Shown here piece after piece: positions 29,565 through 40,224 of a DNA stretch of 64,000 nucleotides (position 1 is its first letter; every line of letters starts with the position of its first letter). The notes below the pieces were generated by a model. It was not told where the DNA came from. It searched no databases and was given only the letters and a program-made list of their open reading frames with translations. This DNA comes from Pseudomonadota bacterium (GTDB lineage Bacteria > Pseudomonadota > Alphaproteobacteria > Rhodobacterales > Rhodobacteraceae): positions 35,587 through 99,586 of the forward strand of contig JBCCHJ010000013.1 in NCBI GenBank assembly GCA_039028795.1, written 5' to 3'. Both the position numbers and the translations under genes were made by a program.

Positions 29565-30359
29565 TCAAACCTGCGCCAGAAACCTGTCGATTGCGGCGGC
29601 AACCTCGGCACATTTTTCAAGGTCCAAAGCGTCCCTATGCGGCGGGCCAAAGGCGCCGATATCGTTATCCCAGTACTGGCCCGTGGCGCCCGAGAACTTA
29701 TCCGATGTCGCCGCATCCACCAGGATCCGCGCGCCAACACCGGCATCCGAGCCTGCCATGCCGAAACCTTCCTTCACCATCTTGGTCGCCAGAAGCGACC
29801 CCGGATTGACGGCTAGGATCGAAGGCCCGTCGGGATGCTTGGCAGCCAGATCACGGGACCACATTGTGATGGCCAGCTTACTCTGCGAATAGGCCGACAT
29901 GGCCTCCAAAGCGCCCTGCCCGGTCATTGCCGATAAGTTCACCGGGGCCTGCGCTGCTGAGGAGATATTGACCACCCGGCTGTCTTTGCCAAGCAATGAC
30001 CAAAGACGCTGTGTCAGCAGATAAGGCGCAATGGTGTTGACCACGAAGCGCAGATCCAACCCAGCACCTGTCACCTCGACGGGTGCACGCAACACACCGG
30101 CATTGTTGATCAATGCATCCAGGTGATCATGCTTTTCGGCCACGGCTTCAGCCAGAGCCGCAACCTGTGATAAATCAGACAGATCAGCCAGGTAAGTTTC
30201 CACGCTGCCACCCTGGGCGGCGACGGCCTTCTGGGCCGCCACCAGTTTCTCAGCATTGCGTCCATGCAGCAGAATGGTGTGGCCGTTTGCGGACAAAAGC
30301 TCTGCCGCGCCCAAGCCAATGCCATCAGTGGCACCGGTGATCAGAATGGTCTTGGTCAT
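29565..30359 (-). CDS. Short-chain dehydrogenase/reductase
   Basis: TGATDGIG, NNAG, YSQSK. Confidence 0.92.
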   Translation of the reverse strand: MTKTILITGATDGIGLGAAELLSANGHTILLHGRNAEKLVAAQKAVAAQGGSVETYLADLSDLSQVAALAEAVAEKHDHLDALINNAGVLRAPVEVTGAGLDLRFVVNTIAPYLLTQRLWSLLGKDSRVVNISSAAQAPVNLSAMTGQGALEAMSAYSQSKLAITMWSRDLAAKHPDGPSILAVNPGSLLATKMVKEGFGMAGSDAGVGARILVDAATSDKFSGATGQYWDNDIGAFGPPHRDALDLEKCAEVAAAIDRFLAQV

Positions 30360-30382
30360 ATCGTTCTCCTGCCAGGCCCGCT

Positions 30383-30682
30383 TCAGGCCAAGTCGTCCTT
30401 GCCTTCAATCAGATAGTGATGGCTTTCCGACCCTTCCGTGCGGGCTTTCAGATGCTCAGCGTAGTCAGGGTCATTCATGAAAGCTACGGCGGCCTCTTTC
30501 GAAGGCCATTCCAGGATTATCCTCAACGCTGCGTCGCCCTCACCTTCCATCCGTTCGTGGTTTGCGGTGCGCGCCAAATATCGGCCACCATGCTTGGCAA
30601 CCAAGGCGTTAGCGGCGGGCAGATACGCGGGGATCCAATCTTCGTTGGATGGGGTCACGGCAAGAACAGAATAATAAGTCAT
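30383..30682 (-). CDS. DUF1330 family protein
   Basis: KHGGRYLAR, ILEWPSKEAAVAFMNDPDY. Confidence 0.85.
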   Translation of the reverse strand: MTYYSVLAVTPSNEDWIPAYLPAANALVAKHGGRYLARTANHERMEGEGDAALRIILEWPSKEAAVAFMNDPDYAEHLKARTEGSESHHYLIEGKDDLA

Positions 30683-30693
30683 GTGCGTTCCTT

Positions 30694-30981
30694 TCAGGCG
30701 ATCTTGGACATTTCATTCAGGGTGAAGTCGGCGACAGCGCCCTCGGTCGCCGCCATATACGCCGCCAGATGCGGGGCGTTCATGTGGGTCTGCCACAGCT
30801 CGCGGCTTTCCCAATTTTCGTAGAAGATGAAGAAGCCTGCATTTTCGATGTCCAAGTGCAGGTCGTATTGCAGGCAGCCTTCCTCTGCACGCGTGATCGG
30901 GATCAGCTTTTCCAGCTCAGCGCGTACCAAGGCCTCTTTACCCGGGACCGCGGTGATCTGAGCCAAGATGGTCAACGCCAT
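30694..30981 (-). CDS. Antibiotic biosynthesis monooxygenase (putative quinol monooxygenase)
   Basis: TRAEEGCLQYDLH, FYENWES, HMNAPH. Confidence 0.9.
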   Translation of the reverse strand: MALTILAQITAVPGKEALVRAELEKLIPITRAEEGCLQYDLHLDIENAGFFIFYENWESRELWQTHMNAPHLAAYMAATEGAVADFTLNEMSKIA

Positions 30982-31075
30982 TGCGGGTCTCCTCTTTGAC
31001 AATGCAGTCGAGCCCGCGTATGGCTGTGTACCGCAAAGTGCGCAAGTACGCACAATTTTGGCTTATAGGTACAAT

Positions 31076-31438
31076 ATGGATACTGTGACTGAATCTAAGT
31101 CGACACCCCGCTTCCCGACCTATGACTGTTCAGCGGGCTGCCCGGTCGAGGCTGCACTGGAGCAAATCGCAGGCAAGTGGAAGGGGTTGATCATCTATCA
31201 CCTGATGAACGGTACTCTGCGGTTTAACGAACTGGCGCGCCGTGTCGGCGGCGTGACCCAGCGCAGCCTGACCAAGCAGCTTCGCGAACTGGAAGAGGAC
31301 GGGATTGTCCATCGTGAGGTCTATGCCGTCGTGCCGCCCCGGGTGGAATACAGCCTGACCGCGAAAGGCCAACATCTATACGACGCAATCGAAGCCTTAC
31401 GGATCTGGGGACTGGCACACCCGAAAACTCCGGGATGA
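31076..31438 (+). CDS. HxlR-family winged-helix regulator
   Basis: CPVEAALEQIAGKWK, LRFNEL, LTKQLRELEEDG, PPRVEYSLT; divergent from the ABM-DUF1330-SDR cluster. Confidence 0.93.
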   Translation: MDTVTESKSTPRFPTYDCSAGCPVEAALEQIAGKWKGLIIYHLMNGTLRFNELARRVGGVTQRSLTKQLRELEEDGIVHREVYAVVPPRVEYSLTAKGQHLYDAIEALRIWGLAHPKTPG

Positions 31439-31843
31439 ATACTGGGCATAGGCCCAACGTCGTCCTGATCTATTTGGACGATTTGAGCTTTGCGGAACTC
31501 GACCGCACCGGGTCGGAAATCCTCACACCCAAAATGATGCCTTGGCCAACGGCGGCGCGTTTCTGACCTCGATGTACAATTGTGCCCGTTGTTGCCCGAC
31601 CCATGCGTCGCTGTTGACCGGGCTTTACCCACACAATGCGATTGGCCATATGCGCACCAACCTTGGCACGCCGGCCTATCAGGGATTTCTGCGCAACGTT
31701 GCGGCCACCATCGCCGAAGTCCTGCGCGCCGGGTCGGAGATGTCGGCCAACCCAGCCCCCGCCAGCGCGGCTTCGACCGCTTCGACGGCATCCAGGACGG
31801 CGCCACCCATTCTACAGCCGGGATGAACAGCGTCGAAGGTTAA
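31435..31843 (+). pseudogene. Degraded arylsulfatase N-terminal remnant
   Basis: RPNVVLIYLDDL..GSEILTP, frameshift, ARCCPTHASLLTGLYPHNAIGHM, frameshift, PRQRGFDRF; truncated. Confidence 0.85.
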
Positions 31844-31923
31844 ACCTGTCCGTTTCTTCATCTGGCCACAAATATCCCGAGAGCGCGAGAGCAGCGCTCT
31901 CGCATTGGCCCGACGGGCCAAAT

Positions 31924-32484
31924 CTAAGCCGCATCCGCTCCCTGGGCCAGAACCTCGACGCCGTCATCAACCTCGGTTTGCAGGACGTCGTTGAACCGGT
32001 TGAACGCGCCGCAAAGGGCCGTGCGCCAGGTCAGCTCGACGATCTGAGCATCGGTGAAATGCACTTTCAGCCGGTCCATTAAGGAGTCGCGAACCCGGTG
32101 GAAGTCATTGGTCACTTGGACGGCATATTCGATGACCAATCGATCTATATCATCGAACTCGGTGATGTTCTCATAGTTCAGTATATCGACCGCCGCGGCC
32201 TCGGAGACCCCCGTAGCCGCCAGCCGGGGCGCGTGGTTCGAGACGCAGAATGTGCATTCGTTCAACTTCGAAACCGTGACCAAGGCCAACTCCAGATACC
32301 GGGCGGGCAACACACCCTCCGCCTTAAGGTCCAGCAGCAAACCAATGGTATGCTCCAGAATCGGCGGCCGGTTCGCCATCACGCCCACCAGACCAGCAAA
32401 AGGCCCGTAGTCGCCAGCGGCCTCGGCCATTTCCCGGGTGTTCCCGGTCAGGTGCTCGGTTGGCACAACAGGTACGCGAGGCAT
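31924..32484 (-). CDS. Carboxymuconolactone decarboxylase/AhpD-like protein
   Basis: ELALVTVSKLNECTFCVSNH, FNRFND. Confidence 0.88.
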   Translation of the reverse strand: MPRVPVVPTEHLTGNTREMAEAAGDYGPFAGLVGVMANRPPILEHTIGLLLDLKAEGVLPARYLELALVTVSKLNECTFCVSNHAPRLAATGVSEAAAVDILNYENITEFDDIDRLVIEYAVQVTNDFHRVRDSLMDRLKVHFTDAQIVELTWRTALCGAFNRFNDVLQTEVDDGVEVLAQGADAA

Positions 32485-32623
32485 TGGCCTTCTCCTTGCC
32501 GTTCTTCAAGCTTCGAGGATGGCAAGCAATCTTGCGGACCGTCAAGGCTACTATCAATCCGACTGTCTCGGACACCGCATGCATCGAACAATACGCTTCA
32601 AACCGGTCATCTTACATCTTCAC

Positions 32624-35083
32624 TCATTCCGGCAGATACTTCTCCGACCAAAGCGTTGCGCAGATCCAAGTGTCGATCATCGCGTTAATCTGCGAACCAG
32701 AGTACCCCAGGCGCTTCAGGATCATGCGCGTATGCGCACCGTATTTGGGCGCTGGTCCGGGTATCGTGATCAGGCCCCGCTCCGGACGCACGGCGTTCGG
32801 GGCAACGAGATCGCACCAGCGGCCCATTGGGTGCTGATCATGGCGGATGGCCCGGAAGGTGTCTTTTCGCAGATCGATCGCACCCTTGCTTTCCACTTGC
32901 AGCGCCCTGTCGCGGGTCTGGTGCAGAGAGGCCAGCGGCACCACAGCGCTCCGCCCGCTGAATACCCGCTGCCAATGGGCGAATGGATGCTGCTTAAAAC
33001 GATCGGCTAGCACCGCGATTAAATCTGGTGCAGCAACGGCTTTCAGATCTGCGAGCTCTGGCACAGCGGCAAGTGCGGCGTGCTTATCTACCGGTGCAGC
33101 GAAGAACATCCATTGGTCAGTTGCTTCATAGCAGCAATAGAAGGGCCCCCATCCCAAAGCCTCGCGCCCCGCTGGTTCTGAAAAGGGCGCGCGGCCGTCA
33201 TAATCATACATGAACTGTGCTTGGATCAGATTGCCGGCAGCGGCAAGCGAGGACCGCGCCACGCCTCCGCGACCAGTCCGTACCAGCCGCAGCAAGGCGG
33301 CCCCCAGCGCCACGCAAGCGCAAAACCCCGTCAGCACATCGATTGTACCAAAGTGCGCATGCTCTTCCGGGGTCTGCATCCCGCCTCCGAAGCGCACCAT
33401 CACGCCGGTCGCAGCCTGCGCCAGATCATCATATCCCAAGTGATCGGATTTCGGCCCGCGCATCGGCCCACCAAATGCGTCGAGCTGCACGAGGATCAGG
33501 CGCTCGTTGATGGCCATAAGCCGATCCTGTGAAAGGCCCAGTTTTTCGCGCTGAGCATCCGTGCCATTCATGGTGACAACATCAGATTCGGCAATAAGCT
33601 TTTGCAGAACCTCCTGGCCTTCATCGGTTCCCAAGTTCAGCAAGATGCTCTTTTTGCCACGCTGTGCCTGCAGGCCGAACACAACCGTGTTCCAAGGATC
33701 GACCGAAGGTTCGACCGGCTGCACCAGGGTGACCTCGGCCCCAAAACGCGCCAGCGTTGATCCTACGGTTGGACCGGCGATCACGTTCGTCAGATCGAGG
33801 ATCTTCAATCCATCCAGCCACCCGCCTTGGCCAGCAGGGCCTTTCGGGCGTGGTTCTTCAGCAAGCAACGCGTCAAGATCCGCAGACACCGGGCCAACCT
33901 TATTAACCGCAGCGTGATCCCCAGCGAGCCAGGCCACATTACCCATCTGCAGCATCTCACCGCGACGCTCATCCGCAACGTGCAGCACAAGACCGGAAGC
34001 CTGTGCGTGAGGGTCGGCCAGCCACTCCTTCGTCGAACGCTGCGCCGTTGCGGGGGCCTTTGCGGCGCCAAACCGCGCTTCCCATTCATGCGCAGGGCGG
34101 GTGAGAAACGCAGCCTTCATTGCCGCTGCGATGCGTGCGCGATCTGACTCCCCAACTGGATAGTTACGCATGGACCATTCGGCGGGCCAGTCCGCGCTTT
34201 CCAGATAGGGCGAGAAATCGGGCAGTTCATCTGCCAGAGCCTTCAGCCCCAGAGCCTCAAGGACGCGGCGCGGATGGTTGGCAACCGAACCCGCTACTAC
34301 GTAGAAACCGCGCCCGTCCGCGCATGTATAGGTGCGATAGAACGGGTCCAGGAACTCTGACAGTTCCTCGAACGACAGGTTAAGCGGCAGATTTTCCCTG
34401 GCGCGGCGATCAAGCTCTATTTCTCGCGGAGACTTATAACGTTCAGGGTAATCCTCTAGGTGTTCGCAGTTGTAGACCAGCCCCTCGAACAGAGCCGAGG
34501 CCAGCGGCACTTCAATATGATCCCCGCCATTCCGGTGGCGGGCTGCCAAGGCAAACAGAACCGAAATCGCGCCGAAGCTGGCACCATAAGCCGAGGCAAG
34601 GGTCAATGGTGTGAAGGAGGGATTAATCCCCATTAGCCGGCGGTTGAGGCCCATATCGGTAAACTGCCCGGTATAGGCGGCGATTACGGCCTCCCAGGCG
34701 GGAAGGTCTGCCAACAAGGGATCGGTCGAGGCAAAGCCCGACATCGAGAGATAAATCAACTGATCGTTCAGTGACCGCAACGCATCAGGCCCAAGCCCCA
34801 GCCGCTCCATAACTCCGGGACGGAAATTCTCGAGCACCACATCTGCGCGCTTGGCAAGCTCGCGCGCCGTGTCGTGGCCTTCGGGTGTCTTGAGATCAAC
34901 CGTCAGAACCTGCTTACCGCGCGAAACCATGTCGAACGCCGGATCGTCGAAGGCCGGCCCGCCGGGTGGGTCAATGCGAATGACTTCGGCTCCCAAATCG
35001 GCAAGCATCATGCCGACCAGAGGGGCGGCAAGGTAATGTCCGAAATCGATAACACGGATGTGGGATAGGGGCCGGTCTGACAT
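32624..35083 (-). CDS. Tandem (two-domain) class III CoA-transferase, CaiB/BaiF family
   Basis: Two domains: IDFGHYLAAP..DLGAEVIRID..ENFRPGV and LDLTNVIAGP..FGAEV..GYD. Confidence 0.9.
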   Translation of the reverse strand: MSDRPLSHIRVIDFGHYLAAPLVGMMLADLGAEVIRIDPPGGPAFDDPAFDMVSRGKQVLTVDLKTPEGHDTARELAKRADVVLENFRPGVMERLGLGPDALRSLNDQLIYLSMSGFASTDPLLADLPAWEAVIAAYTGQFTDMGLNRRLMGINPSFTPLTLASAYGASFGAISVLFALAARHRNGGDHIEVPLASALFEGLVYNCEHLEDYPERYKSPREIELDRRARENLPLNLSFEELSEFLDPFYRTYTCADGRGFYVVAGSVANHPRRVLEALGLKALADELPDFSPYLESADWPAEWSMRNYPVGESDRARIAAAMKAAFLTRPAHEWEARFGAAKAPATAQRSTKEWLADPHAQASGLVLHVADERRGEMLQMGNVAWLAGDHAAVNKVGPVSADLDALLAEEPRPKGPAGQGGWLDGLKILDLTNVIAGPTVGSTLARFGAEVTLVQPVEPSVDPWNTVVFGLQAQRGKKSILLNLGTDEGQEVLQKLIAESDVVTMNGTDAQREKLGLSQDRLMAINERLILVQLDAFGGPMRGPKSDHLGYDDLAQAATGVMVRFGGGMQTPEEHAHFGTIDVLTGFCACVALGAALLRLVRTGRGGVARSSLAAAGNLIQAQFMYDYDGRAPFSEPAGREALGWGPFYCCYEATDQWMFFAAPVDKHAALAAVPELADLKAVAAPDLIAVLADRFKQHPFAHWQRVFSGRSAVVPLASLHQTRDRALQVESKGAIDLRKDTFRAIRHDQHPMGRWCDLVAPNAVRPERGLITIPGPAPKYGAHTRMILKRLGYSGSQINAMIDTWICATLWSEKYLPE

Positions 35084-35302
35084 CGCAGAAGTCTCTCAAA
35101 CTCCGACTTTAAGTTTATCTGGCGTATCCGGATGCGATGTCGGGAAAACGACGCTGGACATCCCGTCAGCGGCCCGGCGTTGCGCCGTCCTCAGACCCGA
35201 TAAGTCTTCGTTATTGTTGGCAGATCAATCAGAAGATATCGTCTGGGAAAGCAATGGCGCCGGGTGCCCGTTCAATACTCCGGTTTGCCAAGGAGGGACA
35301 TC

Positions 35303-36196
35303 ATGGACATCGATACAGGCCCATCAGCGTGGCGCCAGCTTTCCAACCAGAACCGAATGATCGAGTTTCAAGACGGCGTCAGCGGCAGCGGTCCGGTCGA
35401 AATCGCTCACTTTGGCGGATCAGCCTTTCGGATCACCTCGCCCGGCGGGATATCGATCATGATTGATCCATGGCGGAATCTGCCAACGGGCAAGTGGGAT
35501 TGGTACTTCCACGACTTTCCAATCACTGCGGTGGATATCGGTGTCTCGACCCACGCTCATTTCGATCATGATGCTCTGCACCGGCTGGATGCCTCGGTCA
35601 ATTTGGACAGGTTGATCGGGACGTATGAATTCGGCGATGTCCGCATTGAAGGCGTTGCGGACAAGCACGCGACTGACCCGACCTATGCAACTTATGACTT
35701 CCGGCAGATCAATGGCTATTTCGGCGGGCAAAAACTTGACCCACCCGACAATCAGCGCTGTTGGGACAACTGCCTGATCACCGTGGAAACAGGTGGTCTG
35801 CGCATCCTGCACTGGGGTGACAATCGGCACAATCCGCCCGAGCATGTCTGGGACCGCTTGGGTCGTACGGATATCCTGCTGATGCCAGTGGATGACAGCC
35901 GGCACGTCATGGGCAACCCGCATGTCGAAGAAGTGCTGGCACGTGTGAACCCGAAGGTCGTGATCCCGCACCACTATTTCATCTGGAACATTGTCCAACG
36001 TCAAAGCACATTATTGCCGGTCACGGGATGGTTGGACACGCAACCGGATGTGCGAAACTTGGATGGGCCGATAGAGACTTACAGCCAGGACACTCTGCCG
36101 CGAGAGCGTCGCGTTGACAGCTTCGGTGACCATGTCGCTTTTGATGTGGACGCCTGGCATGCGGCGAATGGATTGCACCTGGGCAAGGGCAGTTGA
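35303..36196 (+). CDS. MBL-fold metallo-hydrolase
   Basis: THAHFDHD, HWGDN, VIPHHY; GGAGG RBS. Confidence 0.85.
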   Translation: MDIDTGPSAWRQLSNQNRMIEFQDGVSGSGPVEIAHFGGSAFRITSPGGISIMIDPWRNLPTGKWDWYFHDFPITAVDIGVSTHAHFDHDALHRLDASVNLDRLIGTYEFGDVRIEGVADKHATDPTYATYDFRQINGYFGGQKLDPPDNQRCWDNCLITVETGGLRILHWGDNRHNPPEHVWDRLGRTDILLMPVDDSRHVMGNPHVEEVLARVNPKVVIPHHYFIWNIVQRQSTLLPVTGWLDTQPDVRNLDGPIETYSQDTLPRERRVDSFGDHVAFDVDAWHAANGLHLGKGS

Positions 36197-36283
36197 CCGA
36201 ACTGGTCACTGGATCATTTCCTCTGTAAAATATAATGAACTGCGGTAGAAAAGCGGGAAATCCGCGACGACAGAGGAACCGAA

Positions 36284-37573
36284 ATGTCCAAGACCTATGG
36301 CTTCGACACATTGCAGATCCACGCAGGCGCCCGGCCAGACCCCGCCACTGGCGCGCGGCAGACGCCGATTTACCAGACGACGGCCTATTGTTTTCGCGAT
36401 TCTGATCACGCAGCCGCCCTTTTTAATCTGCAGGAAGTCGGCTTTATCTATTCCCGACTAACGAACCCCACCGTTGCTGTGCTTCAGGAACGGATTGCAA
36501 CGTTGGAGGGCGGCGTCGGCGCCGTCTGTTGTTCATCCGGCCATGCTGCGCAGATTATGGCTTTGTTCCCGCTAATGAGTCCCGGCGATAATGTCGTGGT
36601 GTCGAACCGCTTGTACGGCGGCTCGGTCACGCAGTTCTCCCAGACGATCAAACGCTTCGGCTGGGAGGCCAAATTCGTCGACATCGACGATGCAAAAGCG
36701 ATCCGTAAGGCCTGCGATCTCAGCACCAAGGCGATCTTCTGCGAATCCATAGCTAACCCAGGAGGACACATTGCCGACCTAGGCGCAGTCGCGAAGATTG
36801 CCGATCTGGAGGGCGTGCCCCTGATCGTCGACAACACATCGGCCACCCCTTACCTCTGCCGCCCCATCGAACATGGCGCCACATTGGTCGTCCACTCACT
36901 CACCAAGTACCTAACCGGAACCGGTACGGTGACCGGCGGCTGCGTCGTGGACTCGGGCAAGTTCGACTGGTCGGCGTCGGACAAGTTCCCGTCCCTGTCT
37001 GAACCCGAAGCTGCCTATCACGGCATGGTGTTTCACGAGACTTTTGGCCCGCTGGCCTTTACGTTCCACGGCATTGCAGTGGGCCTTCGCGACCTCGGCA
37101 TGACGCTTAACCCGCAGGCAGCGCACTACACGCTGCTGGGGACGGAAACACTTTCCTTGCGCATGGATCGCCACGTCGAAAACGCGGAAAAGATCGCCAG
37201 ATGGCTGGAGGGGCACAAGAACGTCAAGGCCGTGACCTATGCTGGCCTCAAGTCTTCGCCCTATAACAAACGGGTGAAAAAGATTTGCCCTCTAGGTGCA
37301 GGAGCCCTTTTCACTGTGCAGCTAAAGGGCGGTTACGACGCATGCGTGAAGTTTGTCGATGCCTTGGAAATCGTCAGTCATGTCGCAAACCTGGGCGATG
37401 CCAGGACACTTGTGATCCATTCGGCCTCGACCACGCATCGCCAACTCACGCCAGAGCAGCGCAAAGCCGCCGGCGCCGGTGATGATGTAGTGCGCTTGTC
37501 GATCGGGATCGAGGATGCTGACGACATCATCGATGACATAGACCAGGCCTTGAAGGCGGCGCACAAAAAGTAA
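36284..37573 (+). CDS. metY: O-acetylhomoserine aminocarboxypropyltransferase
   Basis: FDTLQIHAG, PIYQTT, YSRLTNPT, HSLTKY (PLP Lys), ANLGD. Confidence 0.9.
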   Translation: MSKTYGFDTLQIHAGARPDPATGARQTPIYQTTAYCFRDSDHAAALFNLQEVGFIYSRLTNPTVAVLQERIATLEGGVGAVCCSSGHAAQIMALFPLMSPGDNVVVSNRLYGGSVTQFSQTIKRFGWEAKFVDIDDAKAIRKACDLSTKAIFCESIANPGGHIADLGAVAKIADLEGVPLIVDNTSATPYLCRPIEHGATLVVHSLTKYLTGTGTVTGGCVVDSGKFDWSASDKFPSLSEPEAAYHGMVFHETFGPLAFTFHGIAVGLRDLGMTLNPQAAHYTLLGTETLSLRMDRHVENAEKIARWLEGHKNVKAVTYAGLKSSPYNKRVKKICPLGAGALFTVQLKGGYDACVKFVDALEIVSHVANLGDARTLVIHSASTTHRQLTPEQRKAAGAGDDVVRLSIGIEDADDIIDDIDQALKAAHKK

Positions 37574-37582
37574 GACGGCGAG

Positions 37583-38632
37583 TTGAAGCTTTCCGATTTC
37601 GACTTCGAGCTGCCCGAAGAGCTGATCGCGCTGCGGCCTGTACGCCCACGGCCGGCCGCGCGTATGCTGGTGGCCCAGAATGGAGGCATTGAGGATCGGT
37701 TTTTTGCGGATCTGCCGGATCAGCTTCGCGCTGGCGACATGCTGGTCTTCAACGACACCAAAGTAATCCCGGCACGGCTTTTTGGCGAGCGCCATCGAGA
37801 CACCGCAGATGGATCCGGCGTCGCAAAGATCGAGGTTACTTTGGTCCGCCGGGACGGGGATGCCGAATGGACGGCCCTCGCCAAACCTGGGCGCCGCCTT
37901 CGCAGCGGCGATCAGGTTGCATTCGGAAATCTCAACGCAAAAGTGATAGGCAAAGATGGCGGCGAAGTCGCCCTTCACTTTAACCGGTCAGGCCGTGAAC
38001 TGGACCGGGCGATCGCTGAAACCGGGGCGATGCCCCTGCCCCCATACATTGCGCAGCGTCGCCCAGCGGACGCGGAGGATCACCAGGATTACCAAACAAT
38101 CTTCGCCGAAAAGTCCGGGGCCGTCGCCGCACCAACGGCATCACTGCATTTCGATGATGATCTGTTGGCGATGCTGTCTGCCAAAGGTATTGGAATGACC
38201 CGCCTCACCTTGCATGTTGGTGCAGGCACGTTCCTACCGGTCACGACAGAAGACGTGAAAGATCACAAGATGCACGCTGAATGGGGTGAGATACCCCCAG
38301 AGGCTGCCACTGCGATAAACGCTGCCCGGAAAGCTGGCGGGCGAATTATCCCGGCAGGCACAACCGCACTACGGCTGATCGAAAGCGCCGCCGACGACCA
38401 AGGCCAAATTCAACCCTGGATCGGGGATACCGACATCTTCATCACGCCGGGTTACCGGTTCCGGGCCGCTGACGGGCTAATCACCAATTTCCACCTGCCT
38501 AAGTCGACCCTTGTGATGCTGGTCTGTGCTTTGATGGGTGCGAAGCGCATTAAAGAAATCTACGCCCATGCAATCGCGCAGAGATACCGGTTCTTTTCCT
38601 ACGGCGACGGATCGCTGCTGCTACCGGGATGA
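37583..38632 (+). CDS. queA: S-adenosylmethionine:tRNA ribosyltransferase-isomerase
   Basis: [52 protein letters not shown]. Confidence 0.97.
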   Translation: MKLSDFDFELPEELIALRPVRPRPAARMLVAQNGGIEDRFFADLPDQLRAGDMLVFNDTKVIPARLFGERHRDTADGSGVAKIEVTLVRRDGDAEWTALAKPGRRLRSGDQVAFGNLNAKVIGKDGGEVALHFNRSGRELDRAIAETGAMPLPPYIAQRRPADAEDHQDYQTIFAEKSGAVAAPTASLHFDDDLLAMLSAKGIGMTRLTLHVGAGTFLPVTTEDVKDHKMHAEWGEIPPEAATAINAARKAGGRIIPAGTTALRLIESAADDQGQIQPWIGDTDIFITPGYRFRAADGLITNFHLPKSTLVMLVCALMGAKRIKEIYAHAIAQRYRFFSYGDGSLLLPG

Positions 38633-38812
38633 CGGTACGTAAAGTCTATCGCTTCCAATTTTCTGCAGAAACTCCTGAGAGCGCCCGCACGTCGGCCCAG
38701 GCCAAATGATCCCGCCGTTTAAACGCGACATGAGCATGACGCGGACGGAACAGCCGCGTCATGGAACCTCAGTAGGGTGGACCAAGAAGAATCGTCATCA
38801 AGGGCCCATGCC

Positions 38813-40093
38813 ATGCTGACAGCGATCCGAAACTCTTGGGCCCTTCTTCTGGGCATGTTCCTGCTGATGGTCGGCAATGGCCTTCAGGGTACCGTTCTGG
38901 GTGTGCGTGGCGATGCCGAGGGCTACTCCGGCACCATGCTGGGCATCGTGATGTCCTGCTATTTCATCGGCTTTCTGGGTGGCACGCAGGCGACGCCTTA
39001 CCTTTTACGAAGAGTCGGCCATGTCCGTGTATTCGCGGCCTTAGCCTCGCTGGTATCTGCTGCGTTTATCCTGTTCGCGGCCATTGTCGATCCGATCGCC
39101 TGGGCGGTTCTCCGCATCCTGGTCGGCTTTTGTTTTTCCGGTGTCTATGTCTGCGCAGAAAGCTGGCTGAACGACAGTGCGACGAACGAGACGCGTGGCC
39201 AGACCATGTCAGCCTATGTCTCAGCCCAGATGATCGGGATCATCGCGGCGCAAGGCCTGCTGAACGTGGCAGACCCTGGTCAGTACGAACCCTTCGTGAT
39301 TATGTCAGTCCTGGTTTCGATTTCCTTTGCTCCGATCCTGCTCAGCTCCAGCCCTGTGCCGATGTTCGAAAGCACCCGCCGGATGTCGCTGGGCAATCTG
39401 ATCAAAGCCTCGCCGCTAGGCTGCGTCGGTATGTTTTTGCTGGGCGTGATCTTCGCTTGCCAGTTCGGCATGGGCGCGGTCTATGCGGCGAATATCGGGC
39501 TCTCAAATCTCGAAATCTCAATATTCATCGGGATCATCTATCTCGGCGGCCTGGTCTGCCAGCCGCCTATCGGCTGGATCTCTGACCGGGTCGATCGGCG
39601 CCTGCTGATCGCAGCGGTCACCTTGGCCGGTTCAACGGCCTGTTTGATCGTCCCCATTTTAGGCACCAGCCTGATCCCATTGTCGATCGCCGCCTTCATC
39701 ATGGGGGGTGCCTCGAACCCTCTTTATTCCTTGGTGGTCGCCTATGTGAATGACTACCTGGACCATGATGATATGGCCTCCGCTGCTGCCGGACTGGTCA
39801 TGCTGAATGGTATCGGTGCGATGGGTGCGCCTTTCCTGGTGGGTTACCTAATGGACACCGTCGGCAACAACGCCTTCTTCTTTATGATGGGCATCAGCTT
39901 TGCATGCGTTACGACCTATGCTCTGTTCCGCATGACGCAGCGCGCAGCAACACCGGTCGAGGAAACCGGTCCGATGGTGCCGATGAGCATGGTTGTCGGC
40001 CAAGTCGCTGCAGATGCGGCGATAGAACTGGCAATCGAGCAAGCCCAGGAAGACACGCAAGACGAGACTGCTTCAGAGCAGAGAAGCGCATAA
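38813..40093 (+). CDS. MFS transporter (YcaD-like)
   Basis: About 12 TM segments, RRVGHVRVFA, ESWLN, SDRVDRR. Confidence 0.9.
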   Translation: MLTAIRNSWALLLGMFLLMVGNGLQGTVLGVRGDAEGYSGTMLGIVMSCYFIGFLGGTQATPYLLRRVGHVRVFAALASLVSAAFILFAAIVDPIAWAVLRILVGFCFSGVYVCAESWLNDSATNETRGQTMSAYVSAQMIGIIAAQGLLNVADPGQYEPFVIMSVLVSISFAPILLSSSPVPMFESTRRMSLGNLIKASPLGCVGMFLLGVIFACQFGMGAVYAANIGLSNLEISIFIGIIYLGGLVCQPPIGWISDRVDRRLLIAAVTLAGSTACLIVPILGTSLIPLSIAAFIMGGASNPLYSLVVAYVNDYLDHDDMASAAAGLVMLNGIGAMGAPFLVGYLMDTVGNNAFFFMMGISFACVTTYALFRMTQRAATPVEETGPMVPMSMVVGQVAADAAIELAIEQAQEDTQDETASEQRSA

Positions 40094-40224
40094 AGCGCTT
40101 GGAAGGTCGCTTTCCGGCTATTTCGTCGCAAATCTGTCGCAAAATCGCTTTTTGGGAAACGGAATTTCCCGCAGAATCGTTGTGTTAAATATGATCGTCG
40201 AGAGACCTCGAAGAGGACAAGACA

